Assembly: GCA_016176685.1 (NCBI GenBank)
Contig: JACOWS010000004.1
Coordinates: 2,018-66,017 of the forward strand
DNA: 64,000 nucleotides
DNA from: Patescibacteria group bacterium
GTDB taxonomy: Bacteria > Patescibacteriota > Minisyncoccia > Phycocordibacterales > SBAW01
Direction: 5' to 3'
This document shows positions 18,273 to 27,421 of this stretch, piece by piece. The notes beneath the pieces are model-generated. The model saw only the letters and a program-made list of their open reading frames with translations, ran no database searches and was not told where the DNA came from. Numbering within the stretch: position 1 is the stretch's first letter; each line of letters begins with the position of its first letter. The position numbers and the translations under genes were made by a program.

Positions 18273-18590
18273 ATGCAGACGTTTAGCGAGCGGGTGGTAA
18301 GAGCGGCGCTCTCTGTCCCCAAGGGCCGGGTTACTACCTATGGCCGCATCGCGCGCGCGGCCGGGGGCGGAGGGCAGGCCGCGCGCAGTGTCTCGGGCAT
18401 ATTGGGCAAAGCGTGGGAGCGGGGCGAGCGGCGCATCCCCTGGCACCGCCTGGTGTATGCAAACGGACACATCTGGGTTGATGCCCGCCACCGCAAAGAG
18501 CGCATGCGTTTATATAAAGAAGAGGGAATAGCGATAGACAAAAAAGACCGCGTCGTACATTTCCGCGACCTATTGTTCGAGTTTGAGTAG
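18273..18590 (+). CDS. Alkyltransferase-like protein (MGMT DNA-binding domain with Trp replacing the active-site Cys; Atl/YbaZ type)
   Basis: VPKGRVTTYGRIA HTH region and IPWHRLV, where canonical Ogt/Ada has PCHRV. ATG at 18273 is preferred over GTG at 18261. Confidence 0.7.
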   Translation: MQTFSERVVRAALSVPKGRVTTYGRIARAAGGGGQAARSVSGILGKAWERGERRIPWHRLVYANGHIWVDARHRKERMRLYKEEGIAIDKKDRVVHFRDLLFEFE

Positions 18591-18691
18591 ATTGACTATA
18601 AAAAATTTAGTGTCGTACTTTTGTTTCTTGCGTAAGGAGAACTTTTTGCGCGCGTCTACACAGTAGTTACCTAATAATAATCACTACTAGT

Positions 18692-20068
18692 ATGCATACG
18701 CGCACCCTTACACTCTCTAAAGCTCCACTTATTTTGTTTATCATCGGCGCGGCGGCCGTCGCTTTTTCCTTGGCGGTTATGCTCGTTCGTGCCGACACGG
18801 TTCCTACGGTGGAGACTGCCATACTCAACTCCAGTCATAGTACTACCACCACAGCCGCCATCGGCACCGTGGTTCACGACTATGTTTCGGTCGCCTCGAC
18901 CACCGGCCCCCTGCCCGAAGGGACGGTCAACTTTAACCTCTACGCCAACACACAGTGCAGTGGCAGCCCCGTGGTACAAAGTGCCGTACCGCTTATAAAC
19001 GGCATCGCCACGTCAAGCACCACCACCGTGCCGGCAACAGGGCTTTCGTACCTGGTTCACTACAACGGGCAGCAAGATGTATATACCGCGGTAGACGGCG
19101 CGTGCGAGCCGCTTATCCCAACCGCGCCAAATACTTCCATTACCACCGCGCTCTCTACCACCACATCAATTTGGGCGGGTGAAAGTGTTCACGACACGGC
19201 TGTGCTCCACAACACCACTGCCGCGGCAACCGGCACCGTTGCCTACTCTGTCTACACTAACAATACCTGCACCACGGGAGCCGTGAGTGCTGGCAGCAAA
19301 GTAGTGGCTAGTGCGATTGTGCCAAACTCCGACACACTCCAGTTCAACACGCCGGGCACCTACTGGTGGCAGGCAGTATATAGCGGCGACGAGTTCAATG
19401 CGGCGGCTACTTCCACCTGCTTGAGCGAAGCGCTGGTAGTGCTGGCAACCTCCACACCGCCAGCCCCCGCAGGCACCGGCTCGATAAGCGGGAAAAAGTA
19501 TAATGACTTGAACCACAATGGTATAAAGGATGCAGGCGAGCCGGGACTTACGGGCTGGACCATCAATCTCTACGGTACGGTCAAAGAACACGGCTGGAAT
19601 TGGTGGCGCGGTTTTAAGTGGGGTTTTTGGAAAAATAAAGAGGTGGTAGAAACCGCAGTGACCGATATTAACGGCGACTACTCCTTTAGCAACCTCACAG
19701 ACGGCACCTATACCGTGCGCGAGGTCCCGCAAAAGGGTTGGCGCCAGACAAGCACACCGCCCCCGCCGATAACCATAAAAAACAGCTCGTCTATAGCCAA
19801 TGTAGACTTCGGCAATGCAAGCACAACCTCTATCGGTTCCGACCGCAAGGATATACGAGAGGCAAGGGGGCAAAGAGACCAAGGCCGCGACCGTGGTAGA
19901 GATGTTGATAATGACGACGACGACAACGATACTGACGATGATGACGCAGACGGAAATGACCGCCACGGCAGAGGCCTCGGTACACAGATAAATACCAAAG
20001 TTCGAGAAATGAGTTCCACTATCCTCAACGACATGTTTTCCGGCAAGTTTTTTAAGCGCGACGACTAG
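18692..20068 (+). CDS. Secreted/anchored Thr-rich surface protein with Cna-B/SdrD-B-like domain and acidic Asp-rich C-terminal tail
   Basis: N-terminal signal anchor. TDINGDYSFSNLTDGTYTVREVPQKGW resembles Cna B-type domains. C-terminal DNDDDDNDTDDDDADGND tail. Confidence 0.6.
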   Translation: MHTRTLTLSKAPLILFIIGAAAVAFSLAVMLVRADTVPTVETAILNSSHSTTTTAAIGTVVHDYVSVASTTGPLPEGTVNFNLYANTQCSGSPVVQSAVPLINGIATSSTTTVPATGLSYLVHYNGQQDVYTAVDGACEPLIPTAPNTSITTALSTTTSIWAGESVHDTAVLHNTTAAATGTVAYSVYTNNTCTTGAVSAGSKVVASAIVPNSDTLQFNTPGTYWWQAVYSGDEFNAAATSTCLSEALVVLATSTPPAPAGTGSISGKKYNDLNHNGIKDAGEPGLTGWTINLYGTVKEHGWNWWRGFKWGFWKNKEVVETAVTDINGDYSFSNLTDGTYTVREVPQKGWRQTSTPPPPITIKNSSSIANVDFGNASTTSIGSDRKDIREARGQRDQGRDRGRDVDNDDDDNDTDDDDADGNDRHGRGLGTQINTKVREMSSTILNDMFSGKFFKRDD

Positions 20069-20156
20069 CCCTCCAATTGCATACTGCTGTTGTACGGAAG
20101 CGCTTTGTGGCGTATACTAACGCTACTGCTCGGGGTGCCCGGGCTTTTTTATTGCT

Positions 20157-21926
20157 ATGGAAATCCGCAACATCGCCATTATCGCGCACGTGGACCACGG
20201 TAAGACCACGCTCACCGACGCACTTTTGCGCCAAACCGGCGTCGCCAAAGAGGGCGTCTCTATGGACTCCGACTCGCTCGAGCAGGAGCGCGGCATCACC
20301 ATCTACTCCAAAAACGCATCGATACCCTACAAAGGGACCAAAATAAATATTGTCGACACTCCCGGGCACGCCGACTTTGGCAGCGAGGTTGAACGTGTTT
20401 TGCGCTCCATAGATTGCGTACTGTTGGTGGTAGACGCGCAGGAAGGGCCCATGCCGCAGACCCGCTTCGTGTTAAAAAAATCACTCGAGCTCGGGCTCAA
20501 GCCAATTGTGGTCATAAACAAAATAGACAAGCCCGCCGCCGACCCCGCACGGTGCGAAGAGCAGGTACTTGAGCTGTTTATGGAGCTGGGGGCCAGTGAT
20601 GAACAAATCAATTTTCCGGTCGTCTACACCATCGGCCGGCAGGGCATTGCCAAAAAAGACTTGGCCGACGACTCTACCGACCTAACTCCGCTTTTGGACA
20701 CGGTGCTTTCGCACGTGCCGCCGGCCTCATCAATCGAGCATGCGGGAAAACCACTGCGGCTCCAGCCCTTTAACCTTGCGTACGACACGTTTTTGGGTCG
20801 GCTGGCGGTGGCGCGCGTGTACGATGGCAGGGCCTTGGCAGGACAAAGTGTTTTTGTAAAAAACGCCGCAGGTGCCGCACGCTCGGGCAAAATTATCACA
20901 CTGTTTTCCTTTAAAGGGCTCGAGCGGGTTGAAAGCGGGCAGGCACAAGCGGGCGACATTGTGCTTGTGGCGGGGCTCCCTGACATAAACATAGGCGAGA
21001 CCGTATGTGCCGAGGAGTCGGCCGAGCCGCTGCCCGCTATTGCTGTAGATGAGCCGACCATCTCGCTCAACCTGATGCCCAACGCCTCGCCCTTTGCCGG
21101 CCGCGAGGGTAAGTTTGTCACCGGCCGCCAGTTGCGCCTGCGGCTCGAGCGCGAGCTTGAGGTCAACGTGGGGCTCAAGGTCGACTTCTCTTCCGCAGAC
21201 GCAATGCGCCTCTCCGGCCGCGGCGAACTGCACATCGCTATTTTGCTCGAGCACATGCGCCGCGAGGGGTACGAAATGCAGGTTTCCCAACCGCAGGTCG
21301 TCTTCCTCACAGCCGCCGGTGGTGAGCTTGTCGAACCATTTGAAGAGGTGATAATCGACATCCCGACAGAGTTTCAGGGCGCCATCATCGAGCGGCTCGG
21401 CAAACGCAAGGTAATTATGAAGGATATGAAGGTGCACAACGGCTCGGTGCGGCTTTTGTTCGAAGGGCCGACGCGCGGGCTCCTTGGCTATCGCAGCGCT
21501 TTTGTGCTCGACACCAAAGGCGAGGGTATTTTTTCTTCCCGTTTTGTCGAGTTTCGCCCCCATGCGGGTGAGTTGCAAAAGCGCGCCACGGGCTCGATGG
21601 TGTCGATGATAGCGGGCAAGGTGCTCGGCTACGCGCTGTGGAACCTGCAAGAGCGCGGGGTGCTCTACCTCGGCCCGGGCAGTGAGGTGTATGAGGGGCA
21701 GGTCATAGGCGACACTGCCAAGGGGGAAGATATGTACGTAAACCCCACCAAAGGCAAACAGCTCACCAACATGCGCGCTTCCGGCTCCGACGAAGCGATT
21801 AACCTCGTACCGCCCTACGAGCTTTCAATCGAGCGCGGGCTTGAAAGTATGAATGAGGACGAATATTTGGAAATCACTCCATCTTCTGTCCGCCTGCGCA
21901 AAAAAGAAATAGCCCGCAAGTTTTAA
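20157..21926 (+). CDS. typA: Translational GTPase TypA/BipA
   Basis: [14 protein letters not shown] and DTPGHADF G-domain motifs. 589 aa, EF-G-like but short. Confidence 0.9.
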   Translation: MEIRNIAIIAHVDHGKTTLTDALLRQTGVAKEGVSMDSDSLEQERGITIYSKNASIPYKGTKINIVDTPGHADFGSEVERVLRSIDCVLLVVDAQEGPMPQTRFVLKKSLELGLKPIVVINKIDKPAADPARCEEQVLELFMELGASDEQINFPVVYTIGRQGIAKKDLADDSTDLTPLLDTVLSHVPPASSIEHAGKPLRLQPFNLAYDTFLGRLAVARVYDGRALAGQSVFVKNAAGAARSGKIITLFSFKGLERVESGQAQAGDIVLVAGLPDINIGETVCAEESAEPLPAIAVDEPTISLNLMPNASPFAGREGKFVTGRQLRLRLERELEVNVGLKVDFSSADAMRLSGRGELHIAILLEHMRREGYEMQVSQPQVVFLTAAGGELVEPFEEVIIDIPTEFQGAIIERLGKRKVIMKDMKVHNGSVRLLFEGPTRGLLGYRSAFVLDTKGEGIFSSRFVEFRPHAGELQKRATGSMVSMIAGKVLGYALWNLQERGVLYLGPGSEVYEGQVIGDTAKGEDMYVNPTKGKQLTNMRASGSDEAINLVPPYELSIERGLESMNEDEYLEITPSSVRLRKKEIARKF

Positions 21927-21976
21927 AGTGTCGCAGTAAGAGAGCGTGCAACCGCTCGTCCTGTATACTAAGAGTT

Positions 21977-23116
21977 ATGCGACCCCTTTCTACCGGTATC
22001 GTGTTTGTTGCACTTTTCTTCCTGCCGCTTGGGGCGCATGCGGCGACGTTTGAAACGGGCGGGTGGATACCCTACTGGCGCTCGGCAACGGGCACGCAGG
22101 ATGTATTGCCGCACATCAATACGCTCACTACCGCGCATCCCTTTGGCTACACGGTTAAAAACGACGGCACACTGTACGATGCCCTGGGCATTGACGCGGA
22201 ACCGTGGACCACTTTTATACACACGGCAAAGCTAAATAAAACTCGGGTAATACCCTCGGTGATGTGGAGCGACGGCGCGGCAATGCATCGCATCCTTTCC
22301 AACACCACTACGCGCATCGCGCTTGAAGATGAGATAGCAAACTTGGTAAAGGAAAAAGGATTCGACGGCATCGACATCGACTTTGAGGGCAAATGGGCGG
22401 AAACAAAAGACTATTTTTCAACCTTCCTTAAGGGGCTCTATATGCGGATGGGCCCCAAGTGGGTCTACTGCACCATTGAGCCGCGTACGCCTATAAGCAG
22501 CCGCTATGAAGGCGCGCCGCCGCCAGGTACCGGCACCTATGCCAATGATTATGTACAAATAAATAAGTACTGCGATCGCGTGCAAATTATGGCATACGAC
22601 CAGGGCAGTATCGATGTCAAACTCAATGCCGCAAATGAGGGGCCCTATGTGCCCGTCGCCGACCCACTGTGGGTCGAAAAGGTGGTCAACCTTGCCGCCA
22701 AAGACATACCAAAACGCAAACTAATCCTCGGCATACCCACTTACGGTTACGAGTATCAGGTGACCCCGCTTTCTATAGAAGGATATAGCTACAAAATGCA
22801 ATGGGCGCTCAACCCCGAGTACGCGCTTGCCCTGGCCGGGCAGCTGGGGTTGGTTCCGCAACGCAACTCTGCCGGTGAGTTAAGTTTTACCTACCTCGCC
22901 ACCACCTCGCCGCTGTATACTTCTACTGCCGCCGCGGCCGGCCCGGCACTTGCCGCGCAAAACACCGGCGTCCTAAACATCGTGTGGTGGAGCGACGCTC
23001 TCTCGGTGATGGATAAGGTGACTTTGGCCAAAAAACTCGGCCTGCGCGGTGTCGCCGTGTTTAAGTTCGACGGCGGGGAAGACCAACGCATCTGGAATGT
23101 GCTCGATGCGTACTAA
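21977..23116 (+). CDS. Secreted glycoside hydrolase family 18-like protein
   Basis: Signal peptide. GH18 catalytic motif DGIDIDFEG (DGxDxDxE). Confidence 0.65.
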   Translation: MRPLSTGIVFVALFFLPLGAHAATFETGGWIPYWRSATGTQDVLPHINTLTTAHPFGYTVKNDGTLYDALGIDAEPWTTFIHTAKLNKTRVIPSVMWSDGAAMHRILSNTTTRIALEDEIANLVKEKGFDGIDIDFEGKWAETKDYFSTFLKGLYMRMGPKWVYCTIEPRTPISSRYEGAPPPGTGTYANDYVQINKYCDRVQIMAYDQGSIDVKLNAANEGPYVPVADPLWVEKVVNLAAKDIPKRKLILGIPTYGYEYQVTPLSIEGYSYKMQWALNPEYALALAGQLGLVPQRNSAGELSFTYLATTSPLYTSTAAAAGPALAAQNTGVLNIVWWSDALSVMDKVTLAKKLGLRGVAVFKFDGGEDQRIWNVLDAY

Positions 23117-23168
23117 TTGCCGTGCTATACTCCTGTGCATAGTTACCAGATAAAATAATTACCACTGT

Positions 23169-23675
23169 ATGAAAAATACAATTATTGCGGTGCTGGTGGT
23201 GGTGGTAGCGGCGGGCGCATGGTGGTACTACTACGGGACATCTCCCGCTCTGGCCCCCTCAATCGACACCGCCACGGTAGATGGTTCCCAAGGCGGAAAT
23301 AGCGCCATGCCGGTACCAGGGAGCAGTGGTGTTACCGAAAAAGAGGTTATAAATGTAGACGTTTCCATGGCCGCACAGGTAGCACTCACCGCAAACGGCT
23401 TTTCTCCGCAGACGGTAACGATTAAAAAAGGAGGCGCCGTTACCTTTGTGAATGAAAGTGGAAGCGGTATGTGGGTTGCAAGCGCACAGCACCCTACACA
23501 CACGGCGTATGCAGGCACGTCGCTCGGGGAGCATTGCGATGACGCGGTCGACGTGTCTTTCGACCAGTGTAACATTGGCGATACGTACTCCTTTGACTTC
23601 GACAAGACGGGGAGCTTTAAGTACCACAACCACGCAAACTCAAGCCAGTTTGGCACCGTGGTAGTTGTCGAGTAA
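23169..23675 (+). CDS. Hypothetical membrane-anchored secreted protein (168 aa)
   Basis: N-terminal TM segment. C-terminal His/Cys-containing domain (HCDD...C...HNH). A cupredoxin-like fold is not established. Confidence 0.4.
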   Translation: MKNTIIAVLVVVVAAGAWWYYYGTSPALAPSIDTATVDGSQGGNSAMPVPGSSGVTEKEVINVDVSMAAQVALTANGFSPQTVTIKKGGAVTFVNESGSGMWVASAQHPTHTAYAGTSLGEHCDDAVDVSFDQCNIGDTYSFDFDKTGSFKYHNHANSSQFGTVVVVE

Positions 23676-24075
23676 CTCTATGGTTAAGAGAGCGCGAGCC
23701 ACGTACCTCTTGATGCGGCTTGGCGCGGCTTTTGCCTTGCTATACCCGGCACTTGATGCGTGGTTTGAACCATATACCTGGGCCGGATACCTGCCAAGTT
23801 TTGCGCGTGGGTATGTGCCGGACACCGCACTACTCAACCTCTTTGGCGTTGTAGAAATAACGCTCGCGCTTTGGATACTCTCCGGGATAAAGATATTCTG
23901 GCCTTCAATCGTGGCTACAGGACTGCTCATTTCTATTGTAGTTTTTAACCCGCACGAGTTTTCGGTGCTCTTTCGAGACCTCTCTATAGCGTCGCTCACC
24001 TTTGCCTTGGCGCTTATGCAAGCGCAAAAAACCAGCACACCTACCGAAAGTTTAGAATTTAAGAAACAGCTGTAG
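23665..24075 (+). CDS. Hypothetical membrane protein (DoxX-like?)
   Basis: Four TM helices, 136 aa. Confidence 0.4.
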   Translation: MSSNSMVKRARATYLLMRLGAAFALLYPALDAWFEPYTWAGYLPSFARGYVPDTALLNLFGVVEITLALWILSGIKIFWPSIVATGLLISIVVFNPHEFSVLFRDLSIASLTFALALMQAQKTSTPTESLEFKKQL

Positions 24076-25191
24076 CGCGGATATAACAGATGCCCCCAGG
24101 TTGCTAGTGGTGGCGGGTTTTAAGTTCTCGCGCTCTTTCGTCTGGAAGAAAGGGTTTTGTCCAGGGAGCACTTTTTTTGGCAATTGCGGTTGGAATCCGG
24201 CGTTCTCCGGCTTGCCTTGGTGCATGATGGAAGGGGGTGGTATTTGGCGTGTAGTACTCCCCATCATATTGGGGCGCAATGGTAATGCGCGCTTTGGGAA
24301 ATCGGGAAGCATCGGTTGCACCGGGCGCACTTTGGTAGTGGTACCCACGCCACCCAAGTTGTGTTCTTGTGCAAAGGCCCGACATTCGCCTTGGTGCTCC
24401 GGGTTTGCACAGTACTCGCGGCACGCAGCGATTCCCTGGCATCCTCCGGGGCCTTCCATGGTACGCAAGTTTTCTTCGCGGTCCGCTCTTTCTTTCGTGA
24501 TAAGACCGTTTTTAAGCGCAAAAGCCACGCATTCCTCGCGGTTTTCTTCTTTAGCGCAGTATACTTTGCACTCCTCGCCGCGGCAGTCGCCCGGGCCGAG
24601 CTTGCCCACCAGAGCGCGGGCATGTTCGGCCTCCTTGGCACTCATGAGATCATAGTCTTTGGCAAATTGTACGCACTCTTCGTGGTTTTCCTCTGCACTG
24701 CAGTAGGTTTTGCACTCGCCTTGGGTGGTACACCCGCCCGGACCCGTCGTTTCGCGCAATATTCGGACTATCTTACTTTGGTTTTCGTTTTGACGGTGTT
24801 GCTCTGCCGCGGGCGGGGGTCGAAGCCCGTTTTCCAAGGCAAAAGCCACGCATTCCTTGCGATGCTCTGCCTGTGCGCAGTAATTTTGGCACTCGCTTTT
24901 GGTGGCACAGCCGCCAGGCCCCTCGCCATTCTGCACCTTTTTTACAAAGGAGCGCGCCGCAGCTATCTCGTCTTTTTGCATGAGATTGTGCTCTTCGGCA
25001 AAGGCGATACATGCGTCGCGATTATCCGGCTGGTCGCAATACGTTTTGCACTCCGCTTTTGAAGTACAGCCGCCTAGCTCTGCAATGGGAAATATGACCG
25101 TGCCTTCTTGCGCAAACACCACGCCGGCAAACAGGAAAACTCCTGCCGTAACGCCAAAAAGGCCAACATATTTTTTTGTCATATTACTCAA
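24052..25191 (-). CDS. Secreted cysteine-rich tandem-repeat protein (about five copies of a 4-Cys module)
   Basis: Signal peptide MSNMTKKYVGLFGVTAGVFLFAGVVFAQE. Repeats of GPGGC-x4-EC-x2-YC-x6-7-EC-x2-FA-x-E(H/N)-L. Pro-rich C-terminus. Confidence 0.65.
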   Translation of the reverse strand: MSNMTKKYVGLFGVTAGVFLFAGVVFAQEGTVIFPIAELGGCTSKAECKTYCDQPDNRDACIAFAEEHNLMQKDEIAAARSFVKKVQNGEGPGGCATKSECQNYCAQAEHRKECVAFALENGLRPPPAAEQHRQNENQSKIVRILRETTGPGGCTTQGECKTYCSAEENHEECVQFAKDYDLMSAKEAEHARALVGKLGPGDCRGEECKVYCAKEENREECVAFALKNGLITKERADREENLRTMEGPGGCQGIAACREYCANPEHQGECRAFAQEHNLGGVGTTTKVRPVQPMLPDFPKRALPLRPNMMGSTTRQIPPPSIMHQGKPENAGFQPQLPKKVLPGQNPFFQTKERENLKPATTSNLGASVISALQLFLKF

Positions 25192-25495
25192 AAGGGTTAA
25201 TCTTTACATCTTGGAGCGGGTTGGTCTCTACCTCTGCGTAGGGGTTGGCTTGCTCTGCGGCAGCTGCATCTTGTGCCGCCAATGCCTGCTCTGCCGCCGC
25301 CTGCGCGCTCGCCTCCGCAACTCCCTGTGATTTGCCGTACACATAGCCGCTGCCTGCACCGAGCACCAGCCCAAGAAGTAGCGAGCCTATGGCTATAGCG
25401 GCGCCAGAGCCGCCCATGCTTGGCGTGCTAGGTGCCGCCACTGGCGCGGCAGTAAGTGTGGTATTGGTGGTTGGTTGTTCCATATAATAATGCAT
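25184..25495 (-). CDS. Small Ala-rich secreted/membrane hypothetical protein (103 aa)
   Basis: ORF track only. Hydrophobic core and low complexity. 8-nt overlap with the downstream Cys-rich gene. Confidence 0.35.
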   Translation of the reverse strand: MHYYMEQPTTNTTLTAAPVAAPSTPSMGGSGAAIAIGSLLLGLVLGAGSGYVYGKSQGVAEASAQAAAEQALAAQDAAAAEQANPYAEVETNPLQDVKINPFE

Positions 25496-25629
25496 TGCTT
25501 TAACGTAATAAATCTACTGTTCTTACAGTATAAGGGGTATATATGCGCGCGGCCGCGTTTGTGTTGATAACGATAGAAAAGCGCCACGCATTTGATGCGC
25601 GGCGCTCCTTAACCGTGTTGCTAGTTGTC

Positions 25630-25896
25630 CTAGGCAGTCAAATCCGGGTTCAGCACCCAGTCCACCAAGTCTTTTACCGTTTCGAGGTCGGCCACCACCT
25701 GGGATGCGATTTCTTTTGCTTCCTCGAACCCAAACCCATAGTGCATACCCATGCCCTCGAGGTATGCAGAGTAACGTTTGCGGTCCTCCTCGTTTTTCGT
25801 GAAGACCAGTCCAAGGCAGTACCGGCGATACTGCTGTCTGGCGCTTTCGGACGATGCCGGTTTTACGCCTCTGATGATTATGTCGACACTTGGCAT
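25630..25896 (-). CDS. Hypothetical protein (start taken at MPSVDIIIRG)
   Basis: ORF track only. No recognised domain. Confidence 0.35.
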   Translation of the reverse strand: MPSVDIIIRGVKPASSESARQQYRRYCLGLVFTKNEEDRKRYSAYLEGMGMHYGFGFEEAKEIASQVVADLETVKDLVDWVLNPDLTA

Positions 25897-25986
25897 GGCC
25901 AGCTCCTTCTCTGTTGATATTTGTTCACTATAACAACCGTTCCGCACTGTAGCAAAAAAATATGGTGTTTGCTAGGCTGGAGAAGT

Positions 25987-26211
25987 ATGAAGATTTCTGT
26001 TCGGGTTACCACCCGCGCAAAAAGAGAAGGGGTCGAGACGCTAGCCGGCGGTCGGCTTCATGTGTCGGTAAAAGCAAAAGCAGAGGGCGGTGCGGCAAAC
26101 GCCCGCGCGCTGGGGTTGGTGGCGGGGTATTTTAAAATCTCTCCTAAAAAAATCCACATTATCCGCGGCCACAAAACCCCCGCCAAAATTTTAGAAGTAG
26201 GGAGCAGGTAA
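25987..26211 (+). CDS. DUF167 (YggU) family protein
   Basis: MKISVRVTTRAKREGVE...KAKAEGGAANARALGLVAGYF...IIRGHKTPAK matches the DUF167 pattern. Confidence 0.65.
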   Translation: MKISVRVTTRAKREGVETLAGGRLHVSVKAKAEGGAANARALGLVAGYFKISPKKIHIIRGHKTPAKILEVGSR

Positions 26212-26257
26212 AATACGGTGCCTTGAAAAACGGTGGAATGTGTGATAGAGTGTAGGC

Positions 26258-26494
26258 GTGCAGACTAAGAAAAACAGCCAAGACGAAGCTAATTTTATAC
26301 CCAAACAGCTCTACGCTTTCGTCCAATACTACAACCAAAACATACCCGCGTCTTTTCCGCGGGCCTCCGCCAAGATTTTGCAAAAGTTTAAGGAAACGCA
26401 TGAAGAACTTTTTAAAGATGGCGGCGAGTGGACGGTAGACAAACATCGCAAAAAACTGATGGACTGGATCACCTCCAATCGCGAGATGCTATAA
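26258..26494 (+). CDS. Hypothetical protein (78 aa)
   Basis: ORF track only. Confidence 0.3.
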   Translation: MQTKKNSQDEANFIPKQLYAFVQYYNQNIPASFPRASAKILQKFKETHEELFKDGGEWTVDKHRKKLMDWITSNREML

Positions 26495-26504
26495 TTTTTT
26501 TATT

Positions 26505-27005
26505 ATGACTCTGCGTGCGCGAGGGTACAGTGTAATACTTGTTATATTGGCGGCGGCGTTTGTAGCGGTGCTTGGTATTGTTGCCTGGCAGCAAGGAGGG
26601 CTCGGCACCATTGCTTTCCCCGCCGTGCCGACCGTGCCAGAAGAAACTCCTACGCCAACCGATGATACCAGCGGGAGTATCGCGCCTTATCAAAGCGGAG
26701 TGCGCGGCGTGGTGTTGCTCGGACCCACGTGCCCGGTAGCGCAAAACCCTCCTCAGCCGGGGTGTGATGATCGCCCTTATGCAACAGCGGTGAAAATCTC
26801 CCGCGCCGGCGACCCCGCGCATGCTTTTGCACAAACGGAGAGCACCGAAACTGGCGAGTTTGAAGTGGCGCTGCCGCCGGGCGACTACCTGGTCATCGCG
26901 GGCCCGGGTACTGTCTCTTTGCCGCGCTGTACTACACAGCCGGTTACCGTGCCGGCGTATGGCTATGTTGGCGTCGCCATTAATTGCGACAGCGGCATCC
27001 GCTAG
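26505..27005 (+). CDS. Hypothetical secreted protein with N-terminal signal anchor
   Basis: N-terminal TM plus a Pro/Thr-rich linker. C-terminal beta-rich domain containing Cys residues. Confidence 0.45.
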   Translation: MTLRARGYSVILVILAAAFVAVLGIVAWQQGGLGTIAFPAVPTVPEETPTPTDDTSGSIAPYQSGVRGVVLLGPTCPVAQNPPQPGCDDRPYATAVKISRAGDPAHAFAQTESTETGEFEVALPPGDYLVIAGPGTVSLPRCTTQPVTVPAYGYVGVAINCDSGIR

Positions 27006-27048
27006 CAGGGTCGTGGTTTCTTCGGTGTGCGTGGGGTATACTGGGCCG

Positions 27049-27384
27049 ATGCATCGAAATACCTTAGACAAAGATGCAGAGGAGATTACCCTTGCGGAAT
27101 TGCAGGTGCTTTTGTCGCAGTTGCGCACGCAACTTTCCATAGTGCGCACCGGGGTAGGGGCGCTCCTTGGCGCACTTTCCCTCACTTTTTTAATACTGGC
27201 GAATCAATGGACCTTCAAGGGCGACTGGGCTTGGCTTAACATGCTGTTTTACGTAATGCTTGGAGTATTAGTGTTTCTGGGATTGTGGCGGATGGCGGTT
27301 GCCGAGCGCAAACTGGTTGCTATAAACAAAATAATTCACAATATAGAGCGCAAAGATAAACACATTGAAGAACTCATTGTCTAA
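27049..27384 (+). CDS. Hypothetical membrane protein (111 aa)
   Basis: ATG at 27049 taken to avoid overlap with the upstream gene. Two TM helices. Confidence 0.4.
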   Translation: MHRNTLDKDAEEITLAELQVLLSQLRTQLSIVRTGVGALLGALSLTFLILANQWTFKGDWAWLNMLFYVMLGVLVFLGLWRMAVAERKLVAINKIIHNIERKDKHIEELIV

Positions 27385-27421
27385 GTTCTTCGACCTAGGA
27401 TTTTGATGTACTATCAATAGG

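Noticed and set aside
20624-21650. Minus-strand ORFs 20624..21361 and 20730..21650 inside typA/bipA
   Set aside because: Shadow ORFs opposite a highly conserved GTPase gene.
24101-25062. Plus-strand ORFs 24101..24655, 24316..25062 and 24899..25330 opposite the Cys-rich repeat protein
   Set aside because: Antisense. The minus-strand frame has a signal peptide and a regular Cys-repeat architecture.
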